Origin: a virus | DNA: 64,000 bases | Direction: 5' to 3' (one strand) | Virus record (IMG/VR): IMGVR_UViG_3300009103_000003 | Coordinates: 64,001-128,000 of that record | Shown here: positions 1 to 9,892 of the stretch, in pieces | Layout: every line of letters starts with the position of its first letter | Numbering within the stretch: the stretch's first letter is position 1 | Notes under the pieces: generated by a model | Databases searched by the model: none | What the model was told of the DNA's origin: nothing | Seen by the model: only the letters and a program-made list of their open reading frames with translations | Translations under genes and position numbers: made by a program

Positions 1-746
1 CTTAGATACGAACCTATCAAAGCCACCGTGTACGGATACCCGCTTTGGACCACCCAAAGCGCGGCTTTGAAACCCTCGCATACGACAACAGGCATGTCAA
101 TGTCTGTATTTGTATACATTCGAGTTTCGTAAAACTTCTCCAGTCCCCAAAGAACAGACTTCTTATCGAAGCTGTAGTCGGCAACTACATCAGCAAGTTC
201 CTTCTTGTAAATTTTATATCTCGGCCAACCACCAGTCACGGATCTCCCACTCAGAGCAACCAAGTCTCCTAAGTGATTTCTGATTGGGTAGATCACCCGT
301 TTCCTGGTTCGGTCAAAACCAATCTCATATTCTCTAATAATATCCTCATTAAAACCAGATTCTAATAAGGATTTTGGGAGGTACGAGAACATTCCTAAAG
401 TTGCTTCTGGAAGAACCTTCCAAGAGAACTTCGGGGAAAGCGTCTTCTTTTGAGGGAACGCGCTCTCTATATGTGTTTTGACAGTGTCTATTAGGGAGTT
501 GGGGACAGCCAGCTTCTTGAGAAGCCCTGTTAAACTCCACCCCTCATTACACGTATGACAAAAAGAAGCCCCCGGAAACTTATTGTTTGTCGGAGGACCG
601 CAGTATACGTAGAAGGAGGGTTTAGACTCTTTACCGGATTTATGAAACGGACAGTAAGCAGCTATATTTTTCTGTGTTGACTGCTGGTGGTCCGCAAACC
701 TGATATGGCTTTGTAAGATCGAGACGATCTCATCCCGGTACTCCAT
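1..746 (-). CDS. dnaG: DNA primase, DnaG-type (3' end runs off the window; not in ORF track)
   Basis: Manual translation from ATG 746 is open to the window edge. CHC2 zinc finger (YCPFHK...FCHTC), RVIYPIRNHLGDLVALSGR, FDKKSVLWGL, and TOPRIM VVVCEGFK...GYPYTVALIGS. Directly downstream of the helicase. Confidence 0.92.
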   Translation of the reverse strand, partial: MEYRDEIVSILQSHIRFADHQQSTQKNIAAYCPFHKSGKESKPSFYVYCGPPTNNKFPGASFCHTCNEGWSLTGLLKKLAVPNSLIDTVKTHIESAFPQKKTLSPKFSWKVLPEATLGMFSYLPKSLLESGFNEDIIREYEIGFDRTRKRVIYPIRNHLGDLVALSGRSVTGGWPRYKIYKKELADVVADYSFDKKSVLWGLEKFYETRMYTNTDIDMPVVVCEGFKAALWVVQSGYPYTVALIGSYL

Positions 747-749
747 AGA

Positions 750-2165
750 TTATATTCCGAGATCATCGTCAAGTTCATCACGTTCCCTACTGATTTCCAT
801 TAAAGGACTAGCGACCGAGGAGTCCTCACCATTACCAGAGATAGAGTCTGGTATATTTGGAGTGTTCTCGGCCTCATCTTCCCAAACATCGTGCAATTGG
901 TGCAGTGTGTCATGGGCGTAGGAAAAGTTTTCCGCCGCGATTGCGTTGATTGTGAAACCTTCACAGGTTGTTTCTCTTGCAGCCGCTAGGTGAAGGGAAA
1001 GCTCCTCTCGGCGCTTGTGATAAACCAATTTAATTCCTACGTCACAATCCATCCCAGCTTGGCTGTTCATTGATAATGATGCAGTGCCGCGTGACTTTTG
1101 GTACTTCAATCCGGCTCGCTCGTTCTCCTGCAAAATAGACAGGATTGGAATGCCGGTTTGTTTAGCGATTTGCTTGAGCCGCCTATTCACAATGGACAAG
1201 TTCTTCCAGTCCAGCGCGTTAGCGCCTGACCCTGGAAGCTCCAGCATGTACGATGAGTCCAACATGACAAAGTGCGGGCGAAACATTTCAACCTTTCGCC
1301 TAATATCATCTGGACCACCAACAGAGCCGTCTGGTCGGTCTGCTTGAGTGAACCAAACCTCACCTGGGAAGCTTGGGTCGCAAATCTGTTCTAGCTTGTC
1401 TAAGAATTGTGTTGTCTCAGCAGAGGAAAGTTCATTGGCTTTTAATTTTGTGTAATTGACCTTGGCCAAGATGCATGACAATCGTCGTCGCACCACCGGC
1501 CATGTCATCTCTTTCGAGTAGATTAGGACTTTTCTTCCGGTCTCTAGGACATGCGCCGCAACATACAAGCCGAACCATGTTTTCATGCTTTTAGGGATTG
1601 CCCAAACCATGATGTAATCACCGGGTTGTATTCCCTGTGTGGCCATGTTCATTTGTGCCCAGGGCCATGGGATACCGGTCATCCCGGAGGTGTTCGAGAT
1701 CCTATGCAGTTCATCTAGGGTTTCTTGGAAGGCCACCTTGGAAAAACAAACATCGTTCTCCGCAGAGCTTTGCTCAAGAAGTTGCCCAAGCTGATAGTGC
1801 AGATCAGAGACGGTGGTAATACCATTTCCAGGCTCAGTATCCGATAGATACCGTTGGACCGCGTTCTCTGTGTCTCTTCGAAGATGGGAGTCTCTAACTT
1901 TTCCACATAGGTCTAGAAAGTTCTCCACTGGTTTAGGAAGATCCAAAGATGGGAAAGATTCCCGTAAAGATTCTTCGCTTGGTACGTGCCCGAAATTTTT
2001 GGGTCTTTTATAGTGCGCATCAATGGTGGCCCACAGATTCTTGGCCTCCATTCCGCCAAAGGTGCGGAAATCTACGCCTTCTTTTTGTGCTGATTCAAAA
2101 AGATCTGATGGGCTTTCACCGCGCACAATTGACGATATTAGCTGTAATTCCCAATTCGATGCCAT
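750..2165 (-). CDS. dnaB: Replicative helicase, DnaB-like (SF4)
   Basis: Walker A variant WAIPKSMKT, IYSKEM, Walker B VMLDSSY, LKQIAKQTGIPILSILQ; next to the primase. Confidence 0.85.
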   Translation of the reverse strand: MASNWELQLISSIVRGESPSDLFESAQKEGVDFRTFGGMEAKNLWATIDAHYKRPKNFGHVPSEESLRESFPSLDLPKPVENFLDLCGKVRDSHLRRDTENAVQRYLSDTEPGNGITTVSDLHYQLGQLLEQSSAENDVCFSKVAFQETLDELHRISNTSGMTGIPWPWAQMNMATQGIQPGDYIMVWAIPKSMKTWFGLYVAAHVLETGRKVLIYSKEMTWPVVRRRLSCILAKVNYTKLKANELSSAETTQFLDKLEQICDPSFPGEVWFTQADRPDGSVGGPDDIRRKVEMFRPHFVMLDSSYMLELPGSGANALDWKNLSIVNRRLKQIAKQTGIPILSILQENERAGLKYQKSRGTASLSMNSQAGMDCDVGIKLVYHKRREELSLHLAAARETTCEGFTINAIAAENFSYAHDTLHQLHDVWEDEAENTPNIPDSISGNGEDSSVASPLMEISRERDELDDDLGI

Positions 2166-2180
2166 GAGACCCCCTGTGTC

Positions 2181-2477
2181 CTAGAAATCAATAATTCCAG
2201 CAGGGGGCTCCCCACTAGATGGTTTTTCTTTATCTACCACGGTTCCCACCGTAGGGGCATAAGCCTTTTCCACAGCGAGGATTAATGCAACCGCAGCTTC
2301 CGCGACAGCTTCATCATCTTCAAGTCCTTCTACGGAGACTTCTCCCGCAGGTTTCCCTGACACGCCATAACCGATCTTCGCAGAAACAAGCACTGCATCG
2401 CTTTGCATACTTGTGTTTGTGATTTGGATGGTATGGGCGTGCAGGGAATTTATCGAACATGTAATTAAGTCTGCCAT
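2181..2477 (-). CDS. Hypothetical protein (98 aa)
   Basis: ORF tiled within the replication operon; no recognised motif. Confidence 0.6.
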   Translation of the reverse strand: MADLITCSINSLHAHTIQITNTSMQSDAVLVSAKIGYGVSGKPAGEVSVEGLEDDEAVAEAAVALILAVEKAYAPTVGTVVDKEKPSSGEPPAGIIDF

Positions 2478-2480
2478 AGA

Positions 2481-2951
2481 TTACTCCTCTTCTGGGAAGT
2501 ACCCTGCGCAGAGTCTTGTTTTAATATCGACCGCATGTCCAGCGACAGCCTTCATAATGTGCTCTCGGGAGGAATCCCAAGCCAAATCGTAAGCCATGCT
2601 ATGTGCGGTGCGAATGCTTTCCTCATTCTGGTCACACTTAAGCGTGACGCTTGAGAAGATCTCTACACTAAAGGGGATTTTGTCCCATGTACCTTTTGGT
2701 GGATAGTACACGGCGTCGGACATTTTTGTAGCCACGCTTGCGGTTACTGAAGCAACCGTCGCGTCCGTGTCTGTTGACACAAGAGATGTTACTGGGATTT
2801 GTTCTTCCATTCGTTCGTCCTCGCTTTGAAGGTTCTCTTTCGAACCCCAACTTTTTACTGTTGTTCTTCTAAGGGTGGCGAACCCCTCCACCAAACTAGG
2901 TAGAGGGGCTGCACTATCAGGTAGGGACTTCTTTTTCTTGTACCCAGCCAT
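2481..2951 (-). CDS. Hypothetical phage protein (156 aa)
   Basis: Start overlaps the upstream stop; protein-like composition. Confidence 0.7.
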   Translation of the reverse strand: MAGYKKKKSLPDSAAPLPSLVEGFATLRRTTVKSWGSKENLQSEDERMEEQIPVTSLVSTDTDATVASVTASVATKMSDAVYYPPKGTWDKIPFSVEIFSSVTLKCDQNEESIRTAHSMAYDLAWDSSREHIMKAVAGHAVDIKTRLCAGYFPEEE

Positions 2952-3379
2952 CAGACCACTTTCAGTACAATTTCTTTTGGCCCCAGAACTCGCGCTGAGC
3001 CGAATTCCTCTTTTTGCCCGCCCTCTACGTCTGCATGGGCGATCTTACCGGCAACAAGGAGTTGCTCAATAACCTTCGGGTCTATCTTCTTCACCACCCC
3101 TGGCATTGCCAGAACCTCTGGATTTACCTTTGTGGCGTCATAAGTCTTTGTTTTGGGACGAGCCGTTCTGGTGAATGGCCCAATGGATAGCTTGCTGGAC
3201 CCCTCAATATTTCGAACCAGTTGCTTTGCCTCTACAAGATGCGCATTGTACTGATCCATCAATGGGATAAAGATGTCCACGAATTGTGGGTTCTCTTTGA
3301 AAAATTCGTGAACTGCGTCACGGGCTTTTTCAAACTCTGCTACCACCCTACGTACTTCCTTTTGTTCTGTGAAATTCAT
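2951..3379 (-). CDS. Hypothetical protein, possibly Gam/Gp157-like (helical N-terminus, small C-terminal domain)
   Basis: Coupled ORF; the family call is a weak pattern resemblance only. Confidence 0.55.
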   Translation of the reverse strand: MNFTEQKEVRRVVAEFEKARDAVHEFFKENPQFVDIFIPLMDQYNAHLVEAKQLVRNIEGSSKLSIGPFTRTARPKTKTYDATKVNPEVLAMPGVVKKIDPKVIEQLLVAGKIAHADVEGGQKEEFGSARVLGPKEIVLKVV

Positions 3380-4050
3380 TATTCGATGCTCCTTTTTTCT
3401 GCTAAAATTTTAGATATCTTGACGGCCTGTTTTGCGTGACCAACTGTCTTATTCCACATACCCCCGACATTCTGCGCGGGGTTTCGGTACAATTGGTTCA
3501 TTGAGTAAGTCACCATGGCAGGGACTCGATATTCTCTCGTGTCGCCGTGTATGGTTGCCTCAACAACCCTACCCAAAGACTCGTCGTAAGACCCGTCGAT
3601 GCGCAGAGCTTTATGTGCCGCAGACCCGCAGCACAAAATTATTTCTGGTTGTATTTTATGTATTTCCCCGGACAACCTAGGCGAGCAAGCAACCTGCTCT
3701 TTTGCTGTTGGGGCGGGTAACATTTCGACAGCCCTACCACCCAGTCTTTGGGTTGGACAGGCTACAACGGAGGTTACCCATAGATACTTTGTTCTTATTA
3801 TCGGATAATCTTCTGCCACAAAACGCAGCACTTGCTGAAGGACCTTGCCTTCCCCGCCGCTCATAATGTCACCACTGCAAGCTGCGGCAAAACTCACTCT
3901 GTCTAAGAGGATAACCACTGATGCATCTATACTCCCCTTTCCGGTTATTAGATGTTTTCTGTTTTTATGTAGTCTGCACTCTTCGCAGTTATTGAATTTA
4001 TGAAGATACGATTTAAGATCATCCTTCGACGGTTTTGAATGATAGTCCAT
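3379..4050 (-). CDS. Uracil-DNA glycosylase family 4-like protein with substituted catalytic motifs (likely start ATG 4050)
   Basis: CEECRLHKNR, GKGS, VVACP, PTAKEQVACSP, IQPEIILCCGSAA match the family 4 scaffold and Fe-S cysteines. The GEAPG, Asn and HP motifs are altered. Confidence 0.8.
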   Translation of the reverse strand: MDYHSKPSKDDLKSYLHKFNNCEECRLHKNRKHLITGKGSIDASVVILLDRVSFAAACSGDIMSGGEGKVLQQVLRFVAEDYPIIRTKYLWVTSVVACPTQRLGGRAVEMLPAPTAKEQVACSPRLSGEIHKIQPEIILCCGSAAHKALRIDGSYDESLGRVVEATIHGDTREYRVPAMVTYSMNQLYRNPAQNVGGMWNKTVGHAKQAVKISKILAEKRSIE

Positions 4051-5416
4051 GACTAACGATTCCTCGCTTAAGTGCGCGGCACATGTTAGTGGCTGGTCCG
4101 AAATAACGATCATCCACCACGAGAACAATGGGGTCCTTCTTGCCGTTGAACTGGCGCTCCACTCGTCCCTTCCCTTGCTGGAAAGCTCCCCACGCCTTGA
4201 ACGGTGTGGTGAATATGAGGGTATCCAATTCGGCAACATCCAGGCCCTCCTTAGCAATCTGGAACGTGGCGAAAGTTACATCTGACTCTCGAATAACACT
4301 AGTGCGTTCTTCACCGGAGGTGTCCCCAGTTACGACGCCGCACGTATACCTTTTCATACGCGTATTGTCGAGGAATTTTGTTTGTAGAATTTCAGGATGC
4401 GCTTTGCTGTGCGCCAACACTAAAATTTTTCGTCCTTTGCTTAACGCATTTTCGACAAGGGCAATGATTCCTCGATTTCGATCATCGTCTTTTGCCAAAT
4501 AGGTATACATTTTCGGCGCTGAAAATTCGCCTGTTCGATCCCGCACCAAGCCCTCATTTACTGGTTGCCGGGTGTCGAACTGCACAAAGTAGATCTTTGC
4601 CTCTAGGTCTCCCGTTAAATCTGTGTGGAAGATCTTGCCTATATGTGAGTAGTACACGTCCTCTAGCCCGTCCTCCCTGTTAGGGGTGGCGGTGAGTCCG
4701 AACCTATTACCTATGAACAAGTTAGCTGTTTGACTAAATGTGCTGGCACTAAGGTGGTGGACCTCATCAAAGATGACTGTGCCAAATCGCTTACGGACCT
4801 CTATGTCGATAGAGTTACTTCTTGCCGCCAAAGTTTGTATCATCGCTAATACAAGCGGTTTATCCCAATCTTCTTTAGGGCCCTGGACAATGCCAATATC
4901 ATCTTCGTCCATGTCAAGAAATTGACAAGCACGGTCCTTCCACTGCTCCAGAAGACCTTTATTGTTTACGATTACTATCGCAGGGTAGCCCCTCTCTGCT
5001 ATCTTTTTGAGAGCTAGAACGGTCTTCCCTTTACCACAGGCAAGGTTCAAGACCCCGTGCTCCGCTTCGGAAAATGCCGCCCACGCCTCCTTTTGTGCGG
5101 CATCCCTGGGCACGATATCACCCTTAAAGGTGACAGGTTCCCACTCCAACTCAATAGCGGGGACCGACCAGTTACCCAGCCGCTCAACCCACTCCTCCTC
5201 AGAGAAGAGGTGCCTAGCAACGACAACATGGTATTGCTCCTGATGAGCTAAAAAGATAGTTTTGACTTCTCCGGTGCGGGCGTTCTCTGTCTTTACCGTT
5301 GCTGCTCGAATAAAGGCGTCCCGATTACCAATCATGGATTTAGGGACCCACATGCTTGCTGAGCAGAACGCCTCATCTCTGACCAGTCGCCCTCCATCAA
5401 TTTCGGGGAGATACAT
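4019..5416 (-). CDS. Superfamily 2 DExH helicase (UvsW/XPB-like)
   Basis: LACGKGKT, DEVHH, GLTATP, EGLD, QQGKGRVER. Confidence 0.9.
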   Translation of the reverse strand: MYLPEIDGGRLVRDEAFCSASMWVPKSMIGNRDAFIRAATVKTENARTGEVKTIFLAHQEQYHVVVARHLFSEEEWVERLGNWSVPAIELEWEPVTFKGDIVPRDAAQKEAWAAFSEAEHGVLNLACGKGKTVLALKKIAERGYPAIVIVNNKGLLEQWKDRACQFLDMDEDDIGIVQGPKEDWDKPLVLAMIQTLAARSNSIDIEVRKRFGTVIFDEVHHLSASTFSQTANLFIGNRFGLTATPNREDGLEDVYYSHIGKIFHTDLTGDLEAKIYFVQFDTRQPVNEGLVRDRTGEFSAPKMYTYLAKDDDRNRGIIALVENALSKGRKILVLAHSKAHPEILQTKFLDNTRMKRYTCGVVTGDTSGEERTSVIRESDVTFATFQIAKEGLDVAELDTLIFTTPFKAWGAFQQGKGRVERQFNGKKDPIVLVVDDRYFGPATNMCRALKRGIVSHGLSFKTVEG

Positions 5417-5420
5417 ATTA

Positions 5421-5843
5421 CTACTCCAATATCTGCGTTATCCGATTCCTCAGAAAGTGAATAAAACTATCTGACTGTCTATCAGGATTGATATACTCAG
5501 AAAAGAGGGTAATCAATTGTTCTATCTTTTCATCTGATACATCGGAGTCACTAAGGTATTTACTAAGTTCGCTGTTGGCTGCTGCCGAGCCTGAAGATAG
5601 ACTGCGCCTATCTTCATATAACGAGGCAATAACCTCTCTTCCCTCATCTGAATCTAGTGATACCCCTATAACCTTTAATATATGAAACAAGGAGTCATTA
5701 GTCGGTAATACGCTACCGTTCTCTATATTTCTTAAAGTTTCTCGACTTAGGGAGCAATCCCTAGCAAGGGCTCTGCTGGAGCCATAACCAGCAGAAACCC
5801 TCAAGCTTTTGATGACGCTCCCAGTCCTATAAGACTGGTTCAT
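5421..5843 (-). CDS. XRE-family helix-turn-helix regulator
   Basis: IKSLRVSAGYGSSRALARDCSLSRETLRNIENGSVLP. Confidence 0.75.
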   Translation of the reverse strand: MNQSYRTGSVIKSLRVSAGYGSSRALARDCSLSRETLRNIENGSVLPTNDSLFHILKVIGVSLDSDEGREVIASLYEDRRSLSSGSAAANSELSKYLSDSDVSDEKIEQLITLFSEYINPDRQSDSFIHFLRNRITQILE

Positions 5844-6121
5844 GCATTCTCCTCTTTATCTTCTTCATCAGATGCTTCTTGTGATACATCACTTACTGAT
5901 GTATCTGCTTGTTCATCAGATGAGGAACTAACATTGATTTTTGGAACGCTGATTGTCAACGTAGTGCTAGGTCGGTTATCATCATTAGGGGATAAACTGC
6001 GAGCCAGGGCACTGGCCGCTTCTCTAAGGCCATCAATGCCCGCATCAATTAAGACATCTTTGAGTTCTTGGCGCTTACGTGGTACTTCCACTTTGAGTGT
6101 ACATCTTTTATTATTGTCCAT
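5840..6121 (-). CDS. Hypothetical protein with acidic tail (first gene of the leftward operon)
   Basis: GGAGG upstream of the start; stop overlaps the XRE gene start. Confidence 0.6.
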   Translation of the reverse strand: MDNNKRCTLKVEVPRKRQELKDVLIDAGIDGLREAASALARSLSPNDDNRPSTTLTISVPKINVSSSSDEQADTSVSDVSQEASDEEDKEENA

Positions 6122-6180
6122 GTCTACGACCTCCGGGTCAGGGTTATTGTGTTAGAAAAACTTTGGGGCTTCTCGATTTG

Positions 6181-6188
6181 CTTATACC
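6181..6188 (-). promoter_or_regulatory. Putative promoter element GGTATAAG
   Basis: About 60 nt upstream of the leftward operon. The same 8-mer occurs at 10289-10296 and 56446-56453. Confidence 0.5.
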
Positions 6189-6218
6189 AAAAACAGCCGA
6201 GTCCTTGTGGGAGAGAAA

Positions 6219-7217
6219 ATGAAAGAATTACCAGCAGTTCTGGACCATTACGATGATGGAGGCTTGCTTCTTCGGAAAGAATTTAGTGAGCGTGGTGTCC
6301 CGAATATCATAAAAGTTGCCGCCGATATGTCTAACGCGCACTCTCGCCAAGAGAGTGATTACGCCCTTGTTGTAGACACTCCTCGCGGTAAAGCGCATAA
6401 ATTACCGATTATTGATGCTGGAAATGCATTGGCTTCTGCGATGTATTTCTCGGAGCATGGCAACACTTTGCCGCATGACCTTCAAAAGGAGGCCGCCCAA
6501 AAACTAAGCGACGCTTTAGTTTCTTTTGGGTTCACTCCCCCTGAAGATCTGACCAAGACTGCCGCTATGGAGCTTGGTTATAGCGGGGAGGCCGAGGACC
6601 AGAGCCTTGAGTCTCTTTTTGGGGTATCTAAGGACAATCAGTGGGAGGTCGTCAAAGACGCTTTTGACTCCTGCTCTCCTCGCGGGAAGCGCCGACTAAT
6701 GCTTCAGGTCAAAGAGGCCGGGGTGTTCAATGGTCTGTTCTCCGATGAGATGGAAGATTACGGTCGCGCCGAACTGGGTTCTGACTTTAGGGTTGGGATC
6801 GACACTAGGAGACTGGCAGTCATGGAGGGCGATGGTATCGCTGAATTAGAAGCTATTTTGGTGAAGTCTGCTTCCGCAGATCCCGAACAATTGGCTGTAG
6901 ATTTAGCTGACTTCGATATCCGGCATAGTATTACGCATATGTATAACGGGGTAATACTAGACCCCTATCAAACGGTTTACGGTACAACCGTAGAAAAAAC
7001 CGCATCTAGTGTACAACCGCTTGAAATTGGTGGTCGTGAGTATGCACCAAGTGATATTGTCTCTTGGGCAGAAGACGGCGGGTCTGATCGACTGGTCGAT
7101 TCTTTTGGTGAGACATTCGCACAGGAGTTTACTTCTGACCCCGTAGCAGTGTTAGATAGTCTACCTGTTACCCATAAACAAGCGATTGCACGGATGATTG
7201 ATGAGCCTAACCGCTGA
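6219..7217 (+). CDS. Putative virion/prohead protein with K-x-A motifs
   Basis: IIKVAAD, LTKTAAM, LVKSASA, VEKTASS; first gene of the morphogenesis block. ATG 6219 follows GGGAGAG. Confidence 0.65.
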   Translation: MKELPAVLDHYDDGGLLLRKEFSERGVPNIIKVAADMSNAHSRQESDYALVVDTPRGKAHKLPIIDAGNALASAMYFSEHGNTLPHDLQKEAAQKLSDALVSFGFTPPEDLTKTAAMELGYSGEAEDQSLESLFGVSKDNQWEVVKDAFDSCSPRGKRRLMLQVKEAGVFNGLFSDEMEDYGRAELGSDFRVGIDTRRLAVMEGDGIAELEAILVKSASADPEQLAVDLADFDIRHSITHMYNGVILDPYQTVYGTTVEKTASSVQPLEIGGREYAPSDIVSWAEDGGSDRLVDSFGETFAQEFTSDPVAVLDSLPVTHKQAIARMIDEPNR

Positions 7218-7869
7218 ACAGCCGATACCAGATAATGGTCCACAGACACCTAGGCAGGCGTTCACGAATCGTCAAACGCACCCCCTTGTTCTCAATCTTA
7301 TGCTCCTCAAGGAGTTTGGTAGTGACTACCTAGGGTGGGAGCCGGAAACTTGCTGGCTTGAGATTAGTAGGACCTGGGGGACTACGATCTCCGAGATCAA
7401 TAAGAATAAAATCCAGGCCATCCGGACTTGCCATGTCACAGATGACCCATACGAAAGGTGGGAAGTGTTTGAGTTGGTTTCCACGGGGCTCATGGGGCTT
7501 CCTCCCAAGTTTGACTTGGTCCAGCGACCCACCCCTCATAGGGCGGCGTTTGCGTTAGATGTCTTAGGACAGGTTCGAGAGAGTAAGCTACCAAACGCAG
7601 AGGTGTATAAGTATGTTGCCGCAGTGTTAATGGATAATGGGGTTATGTATGGGCCGGGACCACTAGAGCCCTGCAATCAATACCTTACAAAGTTCGTTGA
7701 CTCTGGTAAGCAGGCCAATATTAAGCGGGCGGTATCTTTGCGTAAGAGGCCGACATTTAACGGCAAGAATGAGGATGATACACAAATTATGAAATCAACA
7801 TCTATAAAAGATTTCTTGGAATCAACCTCAAGAACATTATTAGTGCAGCTAAAGAAGCTGTTGCCGTAG
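7198..7869 (+). CDS. Hypothetical protein (223 aa)
   Basis: Coupled ORF just before the portal gene. Confidence 0.7.
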   Translation: MMSLTAEQPIPDNGPQTPRQAFTNRQTHPLVLNLMLLKEFGSDYLGWEPETCWLEISRTWGTTISEINKNKIQAIRTCHVTDDPYERWEVFELVSTGLMGLPPKFDLVQRPTPHRAAFALDVLGQVRESKLPNAEVYKYVAAVLMDNGVMYGPGPLEPCNQYLTKFVDSGKQANIKRAVSLRKRPTFNGKNEDDTQIMKSTSIKDFLESTSRTLLVQLKKLLP

Positions 7870-7879
7870 GGGTGGATAA

Positions 7880-9892
7880 ATGGATTATGGTTCTCAACGA
7901 TACGGTCTAAGTTCTTCAGGCGCACGCGCTAAATCGGTTGGGCGACCTGAGTCATTTTACCCCAGCCCCTTTTTTGATGTTGCCAAAAACTACATCCCCA
8001 AAACCATTAAAGAGTGTTTTGACTGGTGTCATTACTATCAATTAACAAACCCTCTTGTTAATGCAGTAACTCAGAAGTTGGCCACCTATCCAATCACGGA
8101 CTTGGTGTACGAGGATGACAATGAGGGTGTTACCAAGATCTATAAAGACTTGTTTGAGAAGCAGTTTCTCATGCGGTCTTTTCTTATCGAAATCAATTTA
8201 GATAGGTACACATACGGGAACTCGTTTATCTCTGTAGCGTTCCCGTTCACCAAGCTCCTCAAATGCTCTAACTGTGGCCATGAATCCCCAGCAAGAAGTT
8301 CTGGATACAAATGGAAAGGATTCAAGTTCCATTTGGATTGCAAAGAGTGCGCCCATTACGGACCAGCCAAGGCCACTGACGAGCCCCTTAAGTCACCAAG
8401 GCAGATTAGACTTATTCGGTGGAACCCAAAGCATATTACCATAAAATATAATGAGATCACTGGGCGGTATCTCTACTACTACACCATGCCTAGAACGCTC
8501 AGGAATGACATCACCTTGGGTAAGCCGGATGTCTTAGAGACAATCCCGCAGGCGTTCATTGACGCCATTAGGAAAAAGAAGTCCATACTCTTGGACAACG
8601 ATAAAATTTTCCACACCAGAAGACCCTCTATTTCGAGAGAGCCCTCAGATAGTGGGTGGGGCGCACCGCTGATACTTCCCGTCCTGAAGGACATCTTCTT
8701 TCTTCAGGTGCTCAGAAAAGCCCAGGAAGCTGTGGCGATGGAGCACGTTGTTCCTATGCGAGTGATGTTCCCCCAAATCACTACGGATGGGAACAACCCT
8801 TATGCCCAAATTAATATGAAGGACTGGCAGAAAGAGGTGCAGGTCCAAATTAAACGCTGGCGGCAAGACAACAACCATATTCCGGTTATGCCTCTACCAA
8901 TTGGGTACCAGATGATTGGGGGGCAGGGCAGGTCCCTGCTGCTACACCAAGAGTTACGAATTTACTCCGATCAAATCATCGCTGGTATGGGCGTCCCAAC
9001 TGGGTTCTTTTATGGCGAAGCCCAGTACTCTGGGGCCTCGGTAAATCTAAGAGCCTTAGAAAACGAATTTCTCGGTAACCGACAAGACATGCTCAGATGC
9101 GTGGAGTTTGTCCGTGACCGCGTTGCGCATTTCTTAAACCTCCCCCAGATTGAGCTTAAGTTCAAGCCCTTCAAGATGGCGGATGATATTCAGAGGGCCA
9201 GCTTTGATATGAACTTGGCTAACGCTGGGATGATTAGCCGAAGAACCTTCTTACAGTCTCGTGATTTCAATTTTGATAATGAGCAAGAACTCATGTCCAA
9301 AGAAAATGAAATGATGGGACGTTCGCAAAGGGAGCAGCAGATTAGGCAGACCGAATCTCAGGGAGAAGCCATGCTTATTCAGACTCGATACCAAATAGAG
9401 TCTCAGAATATGCAGCAGGAAAATCAGGCGCAAATGCAGCAGCAGTATGGGCCCCCTCCCGGTGAAGAAGGGCAACAGCAGGGGCAGGGACAGCCGCAAC
9501 AGCAGGGGCAACCACAAGAGCAACAGGGTGGTGAGCAACAACCCCAAGGCGCTGAGGCACAGCAACAGGGCGCTGCCCCGGAGCAACAGGGTGAACAACC
9601 GCCACCGGAGCAACAGGGTGCTGGTGAAGTGGTTCAAGGTGCAGCACAAAGCCCTCTACAGGCAAACCAAAGCCCGATGGTGGACTTGTTTGCGCAAGCC
9701 AAGCGCCTCACCTCTGAGTTAAAAAAGATGAATGAGGTAGATAGGTACCGGGCGCTGGCACAGATTCGTGCCAGCAACCCGGATTTGTATATGTTGGTGA
9801 ACAACGCTCTGTCAGGTCAAGGCGTTCAGCCTATGCGACCATTACCAGAGAAATTACCACCAAGATCAGGACCGGGCAGTGCACAGATTTAA
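7880..9892 (+). CDS. Portal protein with Zn-ribbon insertion and Q/G/P-rich C-terminal region
   Basis: Size, NPLVNAVTQKLATYPI, IEINLDRYTYGNSF, IRLIRWNPKHI and GWGAPLILPVL resemble portal segments; CSNC...CKEC insertion. Confidence 0.72.
   Translation: MDYGSQRYGLSSSGARAKSVGRPESFYPSPFFDVAKNYIPKTIKECFDWCHYYQLTNPLVNAVTQKLATYPITDLVYEDDNEGVTKIYKDLFEKQFLMRSFLIEINLDRYTYGNSFISVAFPFTKLLKCSNCGHESPARSSGYKWKGFKFHLDCKECAHYGPAKATDEPLKSPRQIRLIRWNPKHITIKYNEITGRYLYYYTMPRTLRNDITLGKPDVLETIPQAFIDAIRKKKSILLDNDKIFHTRRPSISREPSDSGWGAPLILPVLKDIFFLQVLRKAQEAVAMEHVVPMRVMFPQITTDGNNPYAQINMKDWQKEVQVQIKRWRQDNNHIPVMPLPIGYQMIGGQGRSLLLHQELRIYSDQIIAGMGVPTGFFYGEAQYSGASVNLRALENEFLGNRQDMLRCVEFVRDRVAHFLNLPQIELKFKPFKMADDIQRASFDMNLANAGMISRRTFLQSRDFNFDNEQELMSKENEMMGRSQREQQIRQTESQGEAMLIQTRYQIESQNMQQENQAQMQQQYGPPPGEEGQQQGQGQPQQQGQPQEQQGGEQQPQGAEAQQQGAAPEQQGEQPPPEQQGAGEVVQGAAQSPLQANQSPMVDLFAQAKRLTSELKKMNEVDRYRALAQIRASNPDLYMLVNNALSGQGVQPMRPLPEKLPPRSGPGSAQI
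9421..9640 (+). repeat. Coding low-complexity Gln/Gly/Pro repeat in the portal
   Basis: Recurrent GAGCAACAGGGT (EQQG) units. Confidence 0.85.

Noticed and set aside
9421-9640. CRISPR-like or non-coding repeat array
   Set aside because: The repeats are in-frame, irregular Gln-rich codons with no constant repeat-spacer period. No CRISPR array was seen anywhere in the window.
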